A stretch of 64,000 bases of DNA from the human T2T-CHM13v2.0 reference genome, Homo sapiens: NCBI RefSeq assembly GCF_009914755.1, contig NC_060926.1, one strand, 5' to 3'. Below, in pieces: positions 54,230 through 64,000 of this stretch. Positions within the stretch are counted from its first letter, which is position 1; every line of letters starts with the position of its first letter. The notes below the pieces were generated by a model. It was not told where the DNA came from. It worked only from the letters and a program-made list of their open reading frames with translations, and ran no database searches. The position numbers and the translations under genes are program-made.

Positions 54230-55054
54230 AAGTATTGATGACTCCTAAAACAACGGCAACAAAACAACCATTAGCATTCTTTATATAGCATTTCTCCAAA
54301 CCTGCACAATTTTACTTTGGAGGTTTAAAAAATCAGTTTCTCTCTTGAGAAGCTTTAGGAAGTCCTTTAGAACATTTCATTATAGCTGAGCATGTATCAA
54401 ATGATTACTAGTTTTTTGAATAAGAAGTATTAAAATAAGCATGCTCCTGCTGTGTTAATCAGAGACTTCTGGGTTGTTAAATTAGCATAAATTATACAAG
54501 AAAGTATATTCCCCAGTCGTCTTTATTCTCAACTTCAGGGATTCTGTAACTTTTTCTTTAATAGGCGCTTATTCTGTACAGTAGGGCATGAGCCAATTCT
54601 TCCATACGTGACATCACAGAAAACTATCCCCATGAGACCATTAACTAAAAAAATCTCATAACAGTTTCCATTAAGCATTAGGAAAGTAATCCAACAATAA
54701 GTTATTTTTCAGTGTCTGATGAGTTAATCCAATGATGAAATCAGTCTGATTTCAAATGTTAAATATATTTAAGTGAATCACATTGAAACTTGAATTAATT
54801 TCAAAACAACATTTGCCTTCTGAGCTCAACTACTGAAATATAAAGCAATCACTCTGCACAGTGATATTTCCTGGGAACATATGGACCTCATGATTTAAAA
54901 AAGAGAGGTAAAAATATGTGGCAAAGATAAGTAATGAAAGGAAAACAGAGTTATTAGACAGAAATAAAGATATAAAAGTATATTTTTTACCATTACCTCT
55001 TATCTCTGTTCTTATATCTTACTTTATCTCCCTTGTTTCCCCGTTCATTTTTAA

Positions 55055-55150
55055 ACATACTGTTTGTTACCATATCTTTGGAGCCTAGAACAATGTCTAT
55101 ATATACTAAGTACTCAAAAAGTATTTGTTGAATAGATGAACTATGAATAA
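55055..55150 (+). mobile_element. L2 3' end
   Basis: 'gcctagaacaatgtct...tactcaaaaagtatttgttgaatagatgaa'. Confidence 0.7.
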
Positions 55151-55972
55151 GTAAATTAATTCTATTTTTAGTGTTTTTATCTTTCTGTTACCTAATTCTT
55201 GCCACATTTTTATTCTTTATGTCCTCACATAGTCTATCCCATCTTAAAGGTCTGAGGAATAACTATGATAAATGAAAAGAATCACCTACTTGCCATTGAT
55301 TTAATTAAGAGGAGGAAGAATTAAGATATTGATGTAGACAGAAAGAATTGCTGGTTCAGTGTGCAGGACAAGTAAGCCCTGAATAAAGAATAAAGCCCCC
55401 AAAGCATCAGGGAGAGATGAAATTCAATACTATTTTAGGTGGAATAGAGGTTTGAATGAGCCTCTGTTTTTACATTACTCTGGGCTGCTGATTCTGTTGC
55501 TCCTGCTAATGCCTCATGGCAGGTGTGCGAGCCTCGCTTTCAAGTCTGATATTTCACAAGATAAACTGGCATTTAAGCTCCTCAGGCTCTCCCTGGGAGT
55601 CATTCAATGAATATACCAAAGAGCTTTTGGTTCACTATGATTCCACAAAGGTCAAGTCCTAAACATTTAATGGATATGTGATGATTAAAAGGACTATTTA
55701 CCATAGATGGTTAGGCCTAAGAACATTTTTTTTCCTAATTTTGATTGCAAATTATTAAGAATAAAACAAAACACTGCCTCAACAATCTGCGTAGACAATA
55801 TTATTTTAGAGTTTTGTGATTAAAAGAGGTTCTTATTTTAAGTACCTGTATTAATATGACAAAACAATTGCTTTGATGTAAACTAAATATTTTTGTCTAA
55901 ATTCATATTTTCACTATTATGAGCATTGGTCAGGATGCTAAGAATGAATGTTTTTTATTTTATTTTTATACA

Positions 55973-56123
55973 TGTCCATTTTTAACCAAAGGCTTACTAT
56001 GAAAAGGAGTAATAAACTATTAGTTAAGAATATTATTCTTCCTCTTCAGGTAAGATCACCTCACATTTTGACTGAATGTATTTAGTCCAACACCTAACTA
56101 GTTAAATAGCCAGTTTTACTAGT
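55973..56123 (+). repeat. 151-bp direct repeat, copy 1
   Basis: 141/151 identical to 57048-57198 without gaps (hand count). Confidence 0.95.
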
Positions 56124-57047
56124 ATAGATAACTTGTTTATATAGATTTATTTTTATAATAGTTTAACTTTTTATCAGCAGCTTCACTTAGTAAATATTAC
56201 CTGAGATATTTAGTTTCATTCCAAACACCTGATCTAATAAGGATACGCAGTCACTGAGTTTACAAGGATTCTTAGAAATGAAGAAGTCCTCTGCTTGTTA
56301 GAAATTATAATTACTGGTTAAAAATATAAGTCAATAGTAAAATTAGATGATATGACAGTGTTGGAATTCTCTGCTGAACTAACAATCACCAAGTAAAATG
56401 TCATTCACGTTAGGGTTTTGACAATCTGAGGAGTTTAATTCCGGAGAAAAGGTACCAGTGGTCATTGACAGAGCCAGCCAATCCTGCCTGAGCTGAGTGT
56501 CAGCTGTTAAGACTTGGATGTCCTGGGATGAGCCCAGATGAACCTCAAGCCTGCTGAATCACACACAAACTTTAGGAAACAGCTTCTCTGCTGTTGACTT
56601 TTGTTTTCAGTCATAAGCAATTTTGAGAAAAAAAAAAGAGCTTAGACAAGATGATGGTTTCTTGGTTAGATCATCAGCACTCATTCAATCAACATTTATT
56701 GAGCACATGCTGGGAACCAAGAACTGAGAAAAGTTTGAAAAGACTATTCCTGCAATTCCCAGACAGCTGTAAATAAAATAAAATAATCAGGATTAGAAGC
56801 AAAAATATATGACACACTGCAATCATGCAAAAAAATGTAAGTTGAAACAAGATATTAAAGAATAGAGAATAAGGAACCTCAGTATGGGGAATACAGTAAG
56901 AAAATAAAAGAGAAAAAGTTTCTGCATAGAAAAGCATTAAGAAAAATAGTTCTTATAAAAAAGTGAAAGATAGTGGATGAATAAATAAAATATCTGAGTA
57001 ATACAATCATCTGTCTATAGGGAAATACTAAAATATCCAATTAAGTG

Positions 57048-57198
57048 TGTCCATTTTTAACCAAAGACTTAACATGAAAAAGAGTAATAAACTATTAGTT
57101 GGGAATATGATTCTTTCTATTCAGGTAAGATCACCTCACATTTTGACTGAATGTATTCAGTCCAACACCTAACTAGTTAAATAGCCAGTTTTACTAGT
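57048..57198 (+). repeat. 151-bp direct repeat, copy 2
   Basis: Same alignment; offset 1075 bp. Confidence 0.95.
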
Positions 57199-57449
57199 TT
57201 CACTGCTTTTCACAGATTCAGTGGATTAGGCATAGGCTAAACCAGCCACATTAAATACTCTGTCACTTTCGTATAACAGAGACATCTTTTATAGTGAGTG
57301 TAGTGAGAACAGTGAGTACATAATGAGAATAATCAAAGCATTACAAAGCATAAATTATTTGTCCCTCTTTGGGTTAAAAATAATATGCATATATAAAACA
57401 TTTCATTATTACTTTTATAGGTTTGGATTTAAGAACCAAAAGGTGTATA

Positions 57450-57867
57450 TTCGTTATTTCTATGTAAAAATATCAATATCTCAATGGCATAAACTAACAT
57501 CTATTTTTCAGGCCATGAATTCTGCAGGTTATCTGAAGTTCCAATAATCTAGACTGATCTCAGTTGGGACAGGCTGGACTCCAGGCTTTGGTGGGTCCAG
57601 GTTTACTCCATTTGTCTCACATCCTCAAACCCAGACTGATGGCATAGCAGCCATCTAGAGCACGCAATGTTTGCGGTAATCAGAGAAGCAAAGAAGGTGA
57701 GTACAAACAATTGATGTCTACTGATATCTCAACTAAAATTCAACATACTATGCTTTTATCCACATTCCACTGGCCAAGCAAAATGCATGGCCAAGCAAAT
57801 CACATGACCAATAGGGCAGGGAATATACTCTGCTGATAAGTGAAGGCATTGCAGAGCAACATGAAAA

Positions 57868-57924
<57 letters not shown>

Positions 57925-57967
57925 GGGATGGAACAAGAGATTGAAACCTCTAGTCTAAACTTTCACA
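57450..57967 (-). mobile_element. MLT1I/J-like LTR containing an A-run plus (TA)~23 at 57864-57921
   Basis: 'ccacattccactggccaagcaa...cacatgacc...gggcagggaatatactc'. Confidence 0.7.
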
Positions 57968-58327
57968 AGGTGAATTAGGTATAACATCTCATGGACTACA
58001 TTCTGCTTCAATAGAACTTGCAGGAAAATAGACTTGAGATGGTTGCACTTAGACCGAACTCAGGATCAAAAGCACTCATGATCAAAAAGAAAATGAGCCT
58101 TTTGGGATATGAGAGCACTTTGACATTACTGTCATTCAGGAATACTAAGCAGAACCACTGCTTTCACTCCCAAATATCCTTGCTGATGCTGAAATTAGTT
58201 CAAGCATCACAAGCCAGTTTCTATTATCAGGAAATGAATTATACCAATTGCTAATGAAGTTGGTTTTATTAAAAAGGGTACAGGTATGAACACATACACT
58301 TTTCTGCATTATATTATGACCTGTATA

Positions 58328-58579
<252 letters not shown>

Positions 58580-58589
58580 TGATTCCTAA

Positions 58590-58945
58590 AGGGAAAATCT
58601 ACAAAATTGTGGTGTACCCCATAAGATTTTCAAGCTAATATGCACTAGCCCCCAGGGTTCTCTCACCCTCAAGACAGTCCACACTCAATCTGAATTTATC
58701 AAAATTACCACTTAAAATTTCCTACCAGCTTATGGATCTAGCAGCTCTGCTCCAGGTCGGCAGATCTCACCTGTGACTGTCTGGATTCACCTTTTTCTCC
58801 AAATTTTGGTGTAGTCGTTGTCTTTTGATATCACTTCTCCTGTGGGTCCAAGAAAAGATGATTTTCAGTTTGTTCAGCTTTTTTCACATTGTAAAGATGG
58901 AACTGATAACTTTCAAGCTGAAATGTGTCAGAGCTGAAACTGAAT
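58590..58945 (-). mobile_element. 5' end of an old L1M (L1M4/L1MD-type)
   Basis: 'gggtccaagaaaagatgattttcagtttgttcagctttt...tttcaagct...tgtcagagctgaaactgaa' matches the recalled L1M 5' terminus. Confidence 0.65.
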
Positions 58946-59439
58946 GGATTAAAATTTGGAAAATAAATTTTAATTTTAAAAAAGAATAAGAAAACCATAA
59001 TATTTGTAAGCATTTCTTGAAGTAGAAGCAAATAGATTATTCATTAAATTCTCCCATTAATTGTGGTCAACTAAGTTCTGATTTTTTAAAAATCTGCAGT
59101 TTTCACAAACCTGTGGGATTCTATCTAGAGAACCAAGGAGCCAGGGGAAAGTGATTCTGATCCAGGCAGCATTTGATCCTGTTTTGTGTAGTCAGCTCAT
59201 TTCCTTTAAGTGTCTGAACCTGAAGCTAATTAAATCTCCAATAAGTAAGTACAGCATCTTCCCACCAATTCATGAAATACCTGAAAGCCTGCAAAATTTA
59301 ACATCATAAAATGAGAAACATTCAAAATCTGTTGAATTGGTTCAATATCTCTTTATTCTCTACCTTTTGACCAAGTGGTACAATAATTTCTTTTACCTAA
59401 TCTCTGTGATTGTGTTTCTCAATATGTTTTCCAGGACCA

Positions 59440-59648
59440 CTGGCATAATCAGATGGACATTTGGTACCCAGACACACTGAACCAAAACCTTTGGGAGTTA
59501 ATCTACATTTTCAAAACTTCCCATGTAATGATTATGAACATTATAATTTCTCTTTACCACAGGTTCTCAAAATGTGACTCTGGGCCAGCTTGTTTCAGTA
59601 AGTCTTCCATGTGATTCTGATGTATACTGGAGTTTGAGAATCGCTGCT
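59440..59648. mobile_element. MER5-type MITE fragments
   Basis: 'ggttctcaaaatgtg...gtgattctgatgtatactggagtttgagaatcgctg'. Confidence 0.65.
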
Positions 59649-62282
59649 TTGTACTGTGGAAATAATTCGTTGCTTCTACAAAGATGACCTCCATTTTCCA
59701 AAAATCTTGAAACTGTACAGAGTTGTGTTGACTATTTTCAACAAATCATTTTGAACAATCAGAGTGGCAATGTAATACATAATTTGTAATCAATAATCAA
59801 CAATAGGTTTAATACATGGCTAAATTGTTTTTCCTTCGCTCATCAGAATTAGTCTATCTATAAGGTGATAGGTCCCTGCTTTTATGTTCTATATTTTACT
59901 GTATTATTCATCTTCAAAGTACAGAAATGTTAAGTGTTTAACAACATAGAAAACAAATGTTTTCCAACTACATTCAATATAAATTATTTTGGGGGAGAAA
60001 GTATAGATGGAAATAAATAAATGTTCATTTAGTGTTTTAATTATTATAAAATAGACAATTCAATATCTTTCAGTTTTCAAAATTTTCAGGAAAATATTAT
60101 GCATTGAAAAAGATGTGCTCTCCCATATTTCAACTTGCTTTTACCTAAAGGTATATTAATATCCATATAGCTTTAAAAGGATAAAATACTTTTTTAGGTA
60201 TTATAAAATATTTATGCTCTTAACTATTTAATAAGCCATTTCATTATAAATAAATAAAGTATTTAATGACATAATAGATGAGTTTAAATGAACTATAAAA
60301 ATGCATGTGATGTAATATTAATTTTTGTTAAATGCAAGTTTCAGTGTTTTTTAATTAATGAGTAAGGAAATGATTTAATTGAAATAGGCTAACACTACAT
60401 CAAACATGAAGAAACAGAAATTATAATTTTATTTTAGTAGTCCTCATTCCAAGTTGGCACATGAGTCTGACATTATTCCCTGAACTATTCACAGTGTCTA
60501 TGACAGTCTTCCCTAGCATAGTTTCAAAAATAAAGAAACCATTATAAAATTTTAACTATCACATTTGTTACCATTTTGAAAGGAAAAAAAAATCTATACC
60601 TTTATTAGTTAGCTTCTTCTTTAGTCACCCAGTAATGATGCACATTTTTACAACAAAAGCCTGAATACATTGTGAGCTTATGTCTTTAAAGTTATTCTTT
60701 CAATACTTCTTGCAGATCAAAGAGCCACTGTATTGAGCATGTCACAAAAAACTCAAAACTGTGAAATTGTCCATTAAAGTTTAATAAAAAGGAAGAATTA
60801 AATTTTCAATCCCATCCTATAAGCTGACAGATAGTTAATGTCCAAGGATGTCTATCTAACCTTTGAAACAGCAGAAATATAAAATAGATTTTAATTATGA
60901 AATATTAACAACAGAAAGAATATAAGAAAAATTGAATTATGTTAATGGAATAGAAGCAATATCACTTTTTTATGTTTTAAAATGTGTCAACATTTTAGAA
61001 TAAAGTTTTGTACTTTAATCATATCAAATAAGGTAAGCATGTAGTCATCCTCATGTGAATTTCTCAATTACCCTCAATTTTTTTTCACTAAAATATATCA
61101 ACACACTCTCAGGGTAGCCTGCAATATGAATAAGGAGTGATAAAAAGTTCATACTATATATAATAGTATTATACTTATGATTTCACTAAAGGATTTTTCT
61201 GATTCTATAAATATTCCAGAGCCAAGATTCTAATAATTATATATAGGGAGAGAGGTCTATATTCTAGAAGCAATTAGTTTAGTTCCAGATTTTAGTTTTA
61301 TGTAATAAAATAATGGGACAATTTTGAGTTAATATTTTAAAAGTTAATAGTGATATTTGTTTTCATTTTATTTTGCAAAGCACGTGCATAATCTGTCTTT
61401 AGGTCATTTAGTAGGGAAAGGAGTTGATATTTTTGGCATAAATCCTAAATTCTATCCATAAAAATCTCATGTCTTTCCCATTAAGTACTATGGTATTAGA
61501 ATTAGTCGATACAAAAGGTATTGTGGTTTTAATATGCTTTCCTCTTTTCTCCCCACAGCCACTATTGAACTAAAAGAATCTATGCTATGGAAGAGATGAC
61601 CTCTGTTGAGCAGGCAGTAACAAAGGCCATACAACCCAGAGATAGTTAGACAAATCCCCAGAGGATTATACATCTAAGAAGCTTGTAGGAAAGAAAACAG
61701 GTAAAAGCTATTAGAAACTAGATAAATACAATAATTATTCATTTTGCTTACAAATCTCACCTTTGGCAGTAAAACCTGAATGAAAGACATAGTCAGGTTA
61801 AAAAACAATAATAATAAATATTCCATTTCACCATGCCTTTAAGAAAACTACTAAGGTTGTATAAAAATAATGCATGAACAGAGCATTAGTTTTAATTGTT
61901 TGCTTATTTCTCTTATCTTGGAATTCATTTTCTCTCAAATTAACCACAGCAGCTACCTTTCCTCCTCTACAATGACCTTTCCTCCAATCTATCTCTTTGC
62001 TACTGTAAAATAATGTGCATTCTATTACTTTTGCTATGCCACCTTAAGGCCTACAATAGATTTTCCATCATTTATATCAATTTTAAGATTTTCATTCTCT
62101 ACTTTAAATACTTTATACTCAAAGTGTGTCCAAATATATCTCACTTCTGCCACTCTGAAGTAAATATTACTCCTCATAACTTAGAGACACATACTCAAAA
62201 CTTTCATAGTTCAGATTGCCACCTTTGAACATCCACCAAATGTAAGAAATAACTCTCCTCATAGCCTACCATGCAATATGTC

Positions 62283-62480
62283 TGTGGTGAATTGATTATA
62301 CTAATAGCCCTAACTCTTCACATGTCCCTGTATCTAAAAAACACACCTGTATTTAATGAGACATATGAGAAAATTCAGCTAAAATCAGCTGAGTTTAGCC
62401 CAGACCAGCAGATGTGCCCAGCCAACTCAAATATGTGAGAAATAACAAACTGCTGTTGGGCTAAGCTTCTACGTTTAGGG
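62283..62480 (+). mobile_element. Internally deleted MLT1F/H-like LTR
   Basis: 'tgtggtgaattgattatactaatagccc' start; 'gcccagaccagcag...atgtgagaaataac...ctaagc' end. Confidence 0.55.
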
Positions 62481-62676
62481 ATAAAAAGAGGGACAGAGCC
62501 TAGACATGCAAATCAGAGCAATTTAATGGAAGGAAAATCTGTCTAGTGGCTACGTTTGGGAGACAATACAACAAATCTGGAAGTCTATGCCATAATTGAA
62601 CTTAGGTCTATGACCATGGACAAGAAGCAGCTGACCCAGTCAAGACAGGTTATGAACCAAACGATTTTCAGCCTTA

Positions 62677-64000
<1,324 letters not shown>

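Noticed and set aside
55973-57198. Direct repeats as LTRs of a small retroelement
   Set aside because: No CA end, TSD, PBS or PPT; the interior contains an L2 fragment far older than the ~7% divergence between the copies.

Overview
AT-rich, CpG-poor primate (human/great-ape-like: AluY, AluSc and an L1PA2-like LINE) intergenic or intronic DNA. I cannot support any intact host protein-coding gene, RNA gene or CRISPR array. The ORF track consists of repeat-derived or chance ORFs. Much of the window is interspersed repeats: L1 of several ages, L2, CR1/L3, MIR, Alu, MaLR and ERV1 LTRs, hAT-Charlie DNA transposons, and microsatellites. The main structure is a heavily decayed but architecturally complete class I (gammaretrovirus-like) provirus at 43602-51892. 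It has two recognisably homologous LTRs, a 4-bp AATT target-site duplication, a PBS-like site, and gag, RNase H, integrase and env-TM remnants, fragmented by four later insertions. Other notable items are a twin-primed, 5'-inverted young L1 at the right edge, a 151-bp non-tandem direct duplication with asymmetric divergence, and an AP-1/IRF motif cluster. Repeat subfamily names come from my recall of consensus sequences, not a database search, and the boundaries of old repeats are approximate.
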